DNA from: Pedosphaera sp.
Lineage (GTDB): Bacteria; Verrucomicrobiota; Verrucomicrobiia; Limisphaerales; SIBH01
Length of the DNA stretch: 64,000 nucleotides
Assembly: GCA_031414955.1 (NCBI GenBank)
Contig: JANOQV010000146.1
Coordinates: 19,917 to 83,916, forward strand
Direction: 5' to 3'
Shown here: piece by piece, positions 8,301-15,348 of the stretch
Layout: each line of letters opens with the position of its first letter
Numbering within the stretch: the stretch's first letter is position 1
Translations under genes and position numbers: made by a program
Notes under the pieces: generated by a model
What the model was told of the DNA's origin: nothing
The model's input: the letters and a program-made list of their open reading frames with translations, nothing else
Databases searched by the model: none

Positions 8301-11196
8301 GCTGGCGGATGAGGTCGAGCGGTGTTGCCGTGGTTGAAATGGTTTCGGGTTTCGGGTTCCGGGCTTCAGGTTCTTCAGCCGGCGCAGCCTCGCGCAGAAT
8401 GGCGCTGGAGTCGGAAACGGGCGCAAGTTCGCAGGGATTGACGAAGAACTTCGGCTGCCAGTCGAGGCGAAACGGGCGCGTGATGCGGCCTGAAAACAGG
8501 GCACGGGCGTTGACTGGTGCGCCCAGGGCGAACGCGGAGGCGACGGCCTGCCAGAGTCCGCGCAGCGATTCGCTTCCGGCGTCGATGGACACGACGGGGG
8601 CTTTCACGGAGTCGCGGGCCAGGCCGCTCAGGACTTCGCCGGGACCGACCTCGATCCACAAGTCCACTTCGCGGTTGGCGATGGCCAGAGCCTCGATGAA
8701 CTTCACGGGCGATGTGACCTGACGGGAAAGCAATTCGCCCAGGTCTTCCGTCGTGGTCAACGGTGCGCCGGTGACGGTGGAAACGACGCGGCGCGACGGC
8801 GAGTGGATTTCCTCGCGGCTCAACTGCGCAACGAGCGCGGGCGCGGCGGCGGCGACGAGCGGCGTGTGGAAGGCGTGCGAGACGGCCAGCCTGGTGGCGC
8901 GCAGCCCGCGCGCCTGCGCGGTGGCGATGACGGCGGCGACGGAAGCGGCTTCGCCCGCGATGACGGTCTGATGCGGCGAGTTGTAGCCAACGATGGAAAC
9001 AGATTCGCCGCGCAGCGCGAGGCTTTCCACCACGCTGGCGGGCGCGGCGATGGCGGCCATAGCGCCGGTCGGGCTGCCAAGTTCGGACATGGCGCGGCCC
9101 CGTTCGCGGGCGATGCGGAGCAAGGCTGCTTCATCGAAAGCCCCGGCCCAGTGCAGCGCGCAAATCTCCCCGAGGCTGTGGCCGACCGCGACGCTGGCGG
9201 TGATGCCAAAAGTTTGGAGCAGCCTGGCCCCGGCCGCGGAGGCGGCGGCAATCGCGGGTTGCGCCACGGCGGTGGAGATGCCGTCGCTGTCCGCCGGCAG
9301 ATTCGCCTCGACGTAGGTTGAGCGTGCGCTGTCGAAGCGGCGGCGGAAAATTCCGCCGCTGAGATTCGCGGGCGATCCCTGGCCGGGGAACAGAAAGCCG
9401 AGACGCGGCGCGGTGTCGCCGGAGCCGAGGAACAGGCCGGAGTCAAAGTCGAGTTTCGCGGTCACGCCGTCGAGCAACCAGGAGTGCAGCGTGGCAAGGC
9501 GTTCGGCGAATTGCACGGGAGTCGAAGCGATGAGCGCGGCGCGCGACCGTTGTGGAGCGCCGGTCTCCGACCCGGCATGATCGGCGTCACTCAACTCGCC
9601 GGGTCGGAGACCGGCGCTCCGGGCCAGTTCGGCGGCGACATCAGCGAGTTCCGAAAAGGAAAGCCGTGCGGCGAAGGTCAGCAGGTGTTCGATCTGCTTG
9701 AGCATCGCGTCGGTGTCATCGGTGGCGAGCAGGAAGATTTCGCAATCCTGGGCGGAGGCGCCGAGCGAAAGATCGCGCGGCGTGAGGGTCGCGTGGCGTG
9801 AGGTGGTCGTGTTCTCCAGCGTCAAGTGGGTGTTCATGCCGCCGAAACCCATCGCGCTCACCGAGGCGCGCAGCGGGCGGTCGCTACGCCACGGCTCCGG
9901 CTCGCGCAGCACGCGGAGCGCGGCGTTCGCCGCGGTGAGTTCGGCATGCGGACGTTCGCAGCCGGTGGTCGGGGGCAAGGTCTGCGTGTGGACGGCGAGG
10001 GTGGCCTTGATCAGTCCGGCGATTCCCGCCGCCGCCTTGGTGTGGCCGATGTTCGCCTTGATCGTGCCGATGACGGCGGGCGCGGCGTCGGCCCGGGCTT
10101 CGCGGCGCGCAGTGGAAATCACTTTCAGTTCCGTGGCGTCGCCGACGTTGGTGCCGGTGCCGTGGCCCTCGAAGTATTCCACGGTGTCGATGCCGTAGCC
10201 GGCGCGGCGATAGGCGCGGCGAATGGCCTGAAGCTGTCCATCAACTTCGGGGCGCGTGATGCCGCCCGCGCCGTCGGAGGAAATCCCCCAACCGCGAATG
10301 GTGGCGTAGATGCGGCGGCCCGACGCGACCGCATCCTCGTGGCGCATGAGCGTGACGAAACCGCAGCCCTCTCCGGGCCAGAAGCCGGCGGAACGGGCAT
10401 CGAACACGCGCATCAACTCGGGCGCGAGCGCGCCGGTCTTGGCGAAGCCGACGATCTCGAACGGATCGAGACTCAGATCGACACCGCCGGCCAGGGCGAC
10501 ATCGAGGTCACCCGCCGCGAGCGAGGAACAGGCATTGGCCACGGCGAGCAGCGACGAGGCGCACGCGCCATCGACGGTGTAGCCGCCGCCCTTGAGATCG
10601 AACTGGTTGCAGATGCGGCCGGCGATGGTGTTGGAAAGTCCGCCCGCGAGCGTCTCCTCGCCGACGGGAGGGAAGGGGAGTTTGTACTTCACTTCGAGGG
10701 CGGTGAGAAATTCCCCGCGCTGTTCACCGGTCCAGCCTTGCTCGTTCAACGCCGCGTCGAGCGTGCGCCGCACGTACGGCCAGCGGAGGCGCATGAGGTT
10801 GGCGCGGGAGAATTCCCCCGTAAGCGTGTTGCCGAGAACCACGCCGGTGGTTTCGCGGGGAAGGCCGGCGGCGTCCTTGAACCCCGCGTCGGCCAGTGCC
10901 TGCGAGGCGACATCGAGCGCGAGCCAGTGCGCGAGGTCAGCCGAGCGGTAGGTGCTGCCCACGACTTTGAAGGCGACGCGGTCAAACTCGTAGCCTTCGA
11001 TGACGGCGGCGTTGGCGGCGTAGGTCTTGTCCGGCGCGAGCGGGTCGGCGGAGAAATAATCCTCGCGGCGCAGGCGCTCGTCGGGGAGGCGGCGGAAGGC
11101 GCGGCGTTGCGCGAGCACGTTCTCCCAAAGCTGTGACGGCGTGCGGGCCTCGGGGTAGAGGCAGGCGAGACCGACGATGGAGATGCCAGAGGTCAT
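5314..11196 (-). CDS. pksE: Enediyne-type iterative type I polyketide synthase PKSE (KS-AT-ACP-KR-DH-PPTase), 1960 aa
   Basis: KS 'DGACASS', 'HGTGT', 'NIGHTKAAAG'. AT 'GHSLG' and 'HAFH' (malonyl type). ACP 'LLGDLHLNSISVGQI'. KR 'GGGKGI' and 'YAVANEWL'. DH 'HVFHGEPLFP'. C-terminal PPTase 'VGCDME' and 'WAALECLKK'. This domain order is characteristic of PKSE. ATG at 11196. Confidence 0.96.
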   Translation of the reverse strand: MTSGISIVGLACLYPEARTPSQLWENVLAQRRAFRRLPDERLRREDYFSADPLAPDKTYAANAAVIEGYEFDRVAFKVVGSTYRSADLAHWLALDVASQALADAGFKDAAGLPRETTGVVLGNTLTGEFSRANLMRLRWPYVRRTLDAALNEQGWTGEQRGEFLTALEVKYKLPFPPVGEETLAGGLSNTIAGRICNQFDLKGGGYTVDGACASSLLAVANACSSLAAGDLDVALAGGVDLSLDPFEIVGFAKTGALAPELMRVFDARSAGFWPGEGCGFVTLMRHEDAVASGRRIYATIRGWGISSDGAGGITRPEVDGQLQAIRRAYRRAGYGIDTVEYFEGHGTGTNVGDATELKVISTARREARADAAPAVIGTIKANIGHTKAAAGIAGLIKATLAVHTQTLPPTTGCERPHAELTAANAALRVLREPEPWRSDRPLRASVSAMGFGGMNTHLTLENTTTSRHATLTPRDLSLGASAQDCEIFLLATDDTDAMLKQIEHLLTFAARLSFSELADVAAELARSAGLRPGELSDADHAGSETGAPQRSRAALIASTPVQFAERLATLHSWLLDGVTAKLDFDSGLFLGSGDTAPRLGFLFPGQGSPANLSGGIFRRRFDSARSTYVEANLPADSDGISTAVAQPAIAAASAAGARLLQTFGITASVAVGHSLGEICALHWAGAFDEAALLRIARERGRAMSELGSPTGAMAAIAAPASVVESLALRGESVSIVGYNSPHQTVIAGEAASVAAVIATAQARGLRATRLAVSHAFHTPLVAAAAPALVAQLSREEIHSPSRRVVSTVTGAPLTTTEDLGELLSRQVTSPVKFIEALAIANREVDLWIEVGPGEVLSGLARDSVKAPVVSIDAGSESLRGLWQAVASAFALGAPVNARALFSGRITRPFRLDWQPKFFVNPCELAPVSDSSAILREAAPAEEPEARNPKPETISTTATPLDLIRQLVAERAELPVATVTSESRLLGDLHLNSISVGQIMAEAAKRLGLPPLIGLTDFATATVGRAAAALEELTRNRGAALNETERVPSGVDSWVRPFVCEWIEAPLGARTAESARNEGQSSAWQVFAIETDPLAAALRPALTSMPGAGVIVCLPPRIEAAQIRLLLASAKAALALGEGKFVLVQTGQRAGSLARTLHLESPTIHTLVLELPPQHPQAVEWIVRESALAHGHRDVRYDESGRRHELVMKALPFGDRGEMVPASVGALPLGPDDLLLVTGGGKGIAAECALHLARKSGARLVLMGRSQPATDAELSANLERFAAVKVRVRYVAADVTDETQVTMALTEVQRELGTITAFIHAAGANVPQLLGTLDETAFRRTLAPKIDGARHVLAALDPEKLRLFVTFGSIIGRAGLQGEADYAVANEWLTQLTEEFQTAHPRCRCLAAEWSVWSGVGMGARLGRIESLRQQGITPISPEAGVEILEELLRRELPATSVVISGRFGEMPTLNLTKPELPFRRFLEHTRVFYPGVELIVDSTLSSDSDPYVDEHVFHGEPLFPAVMGLEAMAQVAMALAGSSEPPSFENVELSRPVVVPRGGKNVIRVAALVRESGVIEVALRCEQTGFQADHFKAVCRFGGSAQQFVATKSHWPMADGRSPGSAAALDIERDLYDRLLFHTGRFRRVLNYRLLTARECAVQLAPYIGPDWFGRYLPQERVLGCGAVRDAAIHAIQACIPHARLLPVGVRRIVVGEVPCRMEQWHSGDCLPELLLHAREVKREGDTFEYDLELLGPGGAVLEAWQGLRLRKVEELSTDSAWPDGLFGPYVERRLEELLPAARISVSAARGAGSEESVRRLLGDDATLHHRADGKPEVPGGNHLSVTRAGDLTLAMSSTGSVGCDMEMISARTPETWRGLLGAERFRLAELVANGGDLDTAATRVWAALECLKKSGALSDAPLTLADRQPDGWITMQSGTRTVVTGVTKGREREETMVVGVCVE
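9554..9620. repeat. REP doublet (REPIN-like) lying in frame inside pksE
   Basis: Perfect 23-bp inverted repeat: ggagcgccggtctccgacccggc (9554-9576) and gccgggtcggagaccggcgctcc (9598-9620), with a 21-nt spacer. Confidence 0.85.
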
Positions 11197-11201
11197 GTGG
11201 A

Positions 11202-11257
11202 AAACTCCAAACTCCAAACTCCAATCTCCAAATAAACACCAAGCTCCAAGCTCCAAC
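11202..11257. repeat. Heptamer tandem-repeat element immediately upstream of the pksE start
   Basis: aaactcc x3, aatctcc, aaataaa, caccaag, ctccaag, ctccaac. Same pattern as the left arm at 5174-5238. Confidence 0.8.
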
Positions 11258-11332
11258 AGCAGGTGGACGGCGTTGGATCGCTATGCTGGCGACGCCGCAC
11301 GCCTTCGCCATTCACCATGTGGCATTGGTCAT

Positions 11333-12307
11333 TCATGTGGCAGGGACGGCGTTGGTTTGCACGGGGGCTTGAGTCTTTTTCTCGACAGGTTGTGGCGACG
11401 GGAACTTGCCGAGCATATTCCAGATGTGCAGTGAGATTCCGCGAATGGCGCAGACGGTCACGAGGGCGAAGAAGAGGCCAAAGACGAGGTGCATCACCTG
11501 GAGGACGCCATAGACCATCGCGACGGAGAAACCGAACAGCGCCTGACGCCAGGGATGAATGGGCGTCGTGGCCGGGTCGGGCACCATGTAGAGCGTGAAG
11601 ACAATGAAGGCCGCGCTGCTCATGGGCATGAGCGGCACGTAGAGCGGCGTGCCGAAATACCAAGCGCGTAACAGGCCTTGCAGCACGAAGCCGAGAATCC
11701 ACGCGCCGCAGAGCGGGAGCCGGCCGGTGAAGCAGCCGTGGATGATGATGCCCGTGAGGAGAATGAAAGCTGGAATGACCCAGTGCCAAGCGCCGGTGAT
11801 ATTCTCGGTGAAATGATACGGCGGGGCGAAGCCGACCTGCGGGAAGAGCAGCAGCGTGGCGGCGATGCCGAAGTTCGAGGGGTTGAAGATGTGCTGGTAG
11901 TGGCCGTTCCCGACGGGCGCGCGGAAGAAAACTTTGGACGCGATGGAGAGCACAACGGCGAAGGCGATAGGCCAGAGCACCTCGTTCGGGTAAAGCAACA
12001 TGCCGCAGGCAAAGCCGGGAATGAGCGCGGGCGGCAAGGCGTTGAGAAATGCGCCAGGGCCACCGGTGAAGCGGGGCGCGCGGTTCTTCGCTTTGGCATC
12101 GACCCAGTCCAGGAGGAATTGCGCGAAGATAGCCGTGGTGATGGCGACGATGGGCGAGGCCCACGATTGCTCGAAGCCGAGGAGAGTGTGGCCAAGGATG
12201 TTCCACACGATCATCAGGATGACGAAGTACCAGAGCGCGATGAGGCGCAGCTTCGGATTCTTCTGCGGGTAGAAGAGGACGGTGGTGTTGAAGGCGGAGG
12301 ATTTCAT
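11333..12307 (-). CDS. unbU: Enediyne biosynthesis protein E5/UnbU (membrane protein, NqrB/RnfD-like fold)
   Basis: 'NILGHTLLGFEQSW', 'HIFNPSNFGI', 'APPYHFTEN', 'YMVPDPATTP'. Sits between E4 and PKSE. ATG at 12307 overlaps the E4 stop (ATGA). Confidence 0.9.
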   Translation of the reverse strand: MKSSAFNTTVLFYPQKNPKLRLIALWYFVILMIVWNILGHTLLGFEQSWASPIVAITTAIFAQFLLDWVDAKAKNRAPRFTGGPGAFLNALPPALIPGFACGMLLYPNEVLWPIAFAVVLSIASKVFFRAPVGNGHYQHIFNPSNFGIAATLLLFPQVGFAPPYHFTENITGAWHWVIPAFILLTGIIIHGCFTGRLPLCGAWILGFVLQGLLRAWYFGTPLYVPLMPMSSAAFIVFTLYMVPDPATTPIHPWRQALFGFSVAMVYGVLQVMHLVFGLFFALVTVCAIRGISLHIWNMLGKFPSPQPVEKKTQAPVQTNAVPAT

Positions 12308-14280
12308 TTGGGCGAAGAAAATTGGGCAACCTGGGAATTCACCTTGCCGAGGCGCACGGTGTGCCAGCCGGGCCTGAGTCGCAGTTCGGTGCGCTGCGGT
12401 TGGCCGGCGAGGTCGCGCCATTTCAGTTCCACACGTACCGGTTGATTCGCATCCACGCGGCCGAGGCCGAGGTGAATGTCAGGACTGCGGCGGCCCGAGT
12501 GACCGCTGCCGCCATCGATCTGACCAAGGACTTTTTTCCCGTTCGCCAGGTGCGCAATGGCTTGCGCGCCAAACGCGGGCCGCCCCGCCGTGTCCGCACC
12601 GGGATGGCCGGCACGTTCGAGCAGCGGTGAATTCGCAGCGTCGGCCAGTGGGAGCAACAGGTGCAGGCCGAGGAACGCGCCGGTGTTCGTGGACTCGTTG
12701 TGGAAGAAGAACGACGGCTCCCATTGGTTGGCGAAGGCGAAGTCGAGGCGTCCGTCGCCATCCACGTCCGCCAGCGCGATGCCTTTGCTGACCATCGGCT
12801 CGTTGAAGCCGACCTGCGTGGCGACGTCGTAATAGCGCCCATCGGCGGCGCGCACGAAGAACGGGTTGATGTCGTGGCCGCTCAGATCCGCGCCGGGCTT
12901 GAAGGTCGGCCACACGCGCGGGTCGTGGACGATTTTGCTGTTGCTGGTGCCGAGCGCCTGGAGTTCGGGCCAGCGGTTGATCTTGCCCTTGAGAAAGCCG
13001 ACCGCCTGCATCGCCTCGACCGTGCCGTCGTTGTCGAAGTCGGCGAGGCGGCAGTCCCAGCCCCAGCCGCTGCGCGAAAGGCCGAGCTTCTCGCTGTTTT
13101 GGAAATAGGGCGCGAGGCCCGACTTCATTGCGTCGAGTTGCCCGGTGCTCTGCCAGAGGAAATGGCTTTCGGTCAGGCCGAACTCGGTGGCGATGTTGCT
13201 CACGTAGATGTCGAACAGTCCGTCGCCGTTCACATCGCCGAAGTCGCAGCCCATGCCCTTGAAGGAGTCGTGGCCGAGCACGCAGGACTTGGGCGTGGTG
13301 AAATCGCGCCGGCCTTCCAGTTCAGCGAACTCCAGATGACCGGGCTTGGAACGGTTGTGCATCAGCCGGTCGGGACCGAAGTCGTTGCCGAAATAAATCT
13401 CGGGCAACTGGTCGCCATCAAGATCTGCGACGCCGATGGCGAGCGTCCACCCGCGCGTGACTTCAGGGCGGAAGACATCCTTCTGCTCGGCGAAGCTCAC
13501 GGCGGGCGCGGTGCCGGCTTTGGCAGACTGCCAGAGGAAGACGTGCTTGTAGCCGCCGTTTAAGGCCTTGGCCTTGCCCTCGTGCATCGTCTCCACGCCG
13601 GTGGCCTTGGCATCGAGAATGCGCGCGCCGTCCTGGAAGTAATTTCCAATGATGAGGTCGACGTGACCGTCGCCATCGAGATCCGTCTGCACCGCGCCAT
13701 TGGAATACCAGCGCTCGCCGCTCGCCGTCAGCTCGGTTGCGGTGTAGCTCGTGCGGGCCAGCGCTGCGCCCGACACGTTGCGCAAATAAATCACCGGGGT
13801 GCGGCCCCAGAAATAGACGAGCACGTCGGGCAGACCATCCTCGTTGAAGTCCCCGGCGAGAGCGCCCATCGGTGCGGTCGTGGCGGCGTCGAACGGCAGC
13901 GGAGCCGCGTCGAGAGCGAAGGGCGTGTAACGATTCCCGGTGCCAGGCGCGGGCGCGACGGTCACGAGATCAGTGCGCGGATCGATGTGGATGAGATCGT
14001 TCGGCAGCCCGTCATCGTCGAGATCGGCGAAGGTCGCCCCGGCGCCGAGCGAGGAGATCCAGGCCGAGATGCGCGCCAGGCTCGGATGCACGGCGCGGAC
14101 GCTCTTGTAGGGCGGATGGTTGGCGACCTCGGCCAGCGGGAGCTTGTGGAACTTGAAGCGCGCGGCCAGTTGCGCGGACTCGGTGGACGTGATTTTCGGA
14201 TACTGCGTGGCGGCGTACAGTCCGAGCACCAGGGCGAGACCGGCGAGGCTGGCGGCGTAATGGCGAACTCCGTTCTTCAT
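12304..14280 (-). CDS. unbV: Enediyne biosynthesis protein E4/UnbV (CRTAC1-like FG-GAP repeats + ASPIC/UnbV domain)
   Basis: N-terminal hydrophobic segment, seven DxD/NxDG FG-GAP-type motifs, 'VLGHDSFKGMG', 'GWGWD', and C-terminal 'QIDGGSGHSGRRSPDIHLGLG'. Confidence 0.92.
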   Translation of the reverse strand: MKNGVRHYAASLAGLALVLGLYAATQYPKITSTESAQLAARFKFHKLPLAEVANHPPYKSVRAVHPSLARISAWISSLGAGATFADLDDDGLPNDLIHIDPRTDLVTVAPAPGTGNRYTPFALDAAPLPFDAATTAPMGALAGDFNEDGLPDVLVYFWGRTPVIYLRNVSGAALARTSYTATELTASGERWYSNGAVQTDLDGDGHVDLIIGNYFQDGARILDAKATGVETMHEGKAKALNGGYKHVFLWQSAKAGTAPAVSFAEQKDVFRPEVTRGWTLAIGVADLDGDQLPEIYFGNDFGPDRLMHNRSKPGHLEFAELEGRRDFTTPKSCVLGHDSFKGMGCDFGDVNGDGLFDIYVSNIATEFGLTESHFLWQSTGQLDAMKSGLAPYFQNSEKLGLSRSGWGWDCRLADFDNDGTVEAMQAVGFLKGKINRWPELQALGTSNSKIVHDPRVWPTFKPGADLSGHDINPFFVRAADGRYYDVATQVGFNEPMVSKGIALADVDGDGRLDFAFANQWEPSFFFHNESTNTGAFLGLHLLLPLADAANSPLLERAGHPGADTAGRPAFGAQAIAHLANGKKVLGQIDGGSGHSGRRSPDIHLGLGRVDANQPVRVELKWRDLAGQPQRTELRLRPGWHTVRLGKVNSQVAQFSSPK

Positions 14281-15224
14281 CGGGTGATCTTTTTTCCGTT
14301 GGAGAAATTCTTCTGAATGCGCCGCCGCCAGACTTCAAACGCCGGTTCGTCGCCACTGGCGGGAAGGTTTTCCAGCGCGGCATCGGTCAGGGCGGAGGCG
14401 TCCGCGCTCGACATGCCGCAGAGCGCCCAGCAGGCGCGGTCAGCGTAGGGCGTGGGATTGCCGGCGTGATGCCGGGCCTTGGCGGCGAAGGCCGCGCCCT
14501 GGGCGAGTTGCGGATGGAATTTTCCGGCGGCGGCGACCAGCGACTTGAGTTCCTCCTCGCTCACTTCGCCGGCGTAAACGCTCGCGAGTCCCACGCCACT
14601 CCACAAATCAGCGCGGCGCGATTCAGCGAATCCGTTGATGGTCGCCGCCACTCGCGCAACCTCCGCGCCCTCGATGAACCACAGGCTCCGGCCCAATCCT
14701 TGATCGAACACCCGTTCCGCGTAGCCGCTGATGCGCTTCGGGCGCGGGCCGTCGTTCAGATACTTCGGCCAGTGGAAGAAACCTTCGTGGAAGCCGTAGC
14801 CGTCGATGACCAGCCAGCGGAGCAACGGGTCGAGGGACTGCATCTGCTTCTCGATCCGGCCCGGCAAACGCGCCGCCGCCCAGCCGATGGCGACATGCAC
14901 CATGTAGGTGTGGGCGTCGCCGGGACCGGCGAGGAACTGCCGCACGCGATCCCGCCGCCACGGGGTGAGGCGATCCAGAATCGCCAGGGCCATGGCCGCG
15001 CCTTCATAGGCGAAGCCGCGTTCGGTCGCGGCGATGGAGTCCAGGCGCGGAACGAGGAAGGCATGGTCGGCGTTCTCCAGGGCGGCGTGGTATCCGGCCA
15101 CGAACGTCGCGCCGACCTGCTCGATGCGTTCGCGGCGTCCATTCTCACCGCCGCGAAAACCGCGTCGCGCGAAAGTTGTTTCAACTTCCGAAAGGCCGAA
15201 CATGAGTTTCAGGATCGCGCCCAT
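14277..15224 (-). CDS. unbL: Enediyne biosynthesis protein E3/UnbL (DUF1702)
   Basis: 'ETTFARRGF', 'RGFAYEGAAM', 'WLVIDGYGFHEGFF', 'DQGLGRSLWF', 'DLWSGVGLASVYAG', 'AQGAAFAAKAR'. ATG at 15224; the stop overlaps the E4 start (ATGA). Confidence 0.92.
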   Translation of the reverse strand: MGAILKLMFGLSEVETTFARRGFRGGENGRRERIEQVGATFVAGYHAALENADHAFLVPRLDSIAATERGFAYEGAAMALAILDRLTPWRRDRVRQFLAGPGDAHTYMVHVAIGWAAARLPGRIEKQMQSLDPLLRWLVIDGYGFHEGFFHWPKYLNDGPRPKRISGYAERVFDQGLGRSLWFIEGAEVARVAATINGFAESRRADLWSGVGLASVYAGEVSEEELKSLVAAAGKFHPQLAQGAAFAAKARHHAGNPTPYADRACWALCGMSSADASALTDAALENLPASGDEPAFEVWRRRIQKNFSNGKKITR

Positions 15225-15287
15225 AAAAGGCTTTTTCTTCGTGTTACGAGTCTGGTTATCGCATTTGCCAAGACCCATGCCGAGCAA

Positions 15288-15318
15288 GAAAAAGACCGGG
15301 ATTGCTCCCGGTCTTTTC
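15288..15318 (-). terminator. Intrinsic terminator after the giant repeat gene (possibly bidirectional)
   Basis: Minus strand reads gaaaagaccggga-GCAA-tcccggtctttttc: a strong stem with a GNRA loop and a U tract. Confidence 0.8.
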
Positions 15319-15348
15319 TGATTCATTCCATTTCCACCAAGCGCCCGC

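Noticed and set aside
5299..11136. Long plus-strand ORFs opposite pksE (e.g. 5299-6336, 9826-11136)
   Set aside because: Antisense shadows of a GC-rich gene, with no recognisable motifs.
11197..11256. N-terminal extensions of PKSE and of E10 (5154-5237) in the ORF track
   Set aside because: They are translations of heptamer repeats ('WSLEFGV', 'WSLVFLW'). Family-like sequence begins at the downstream ATGs.
11333..12307. E5 as an RnfD/NqrB respiratory subunit
   Set aside because: The similarity is only fold-level. No other rnf/nqr genes are present and the context is the enediyne cassette.
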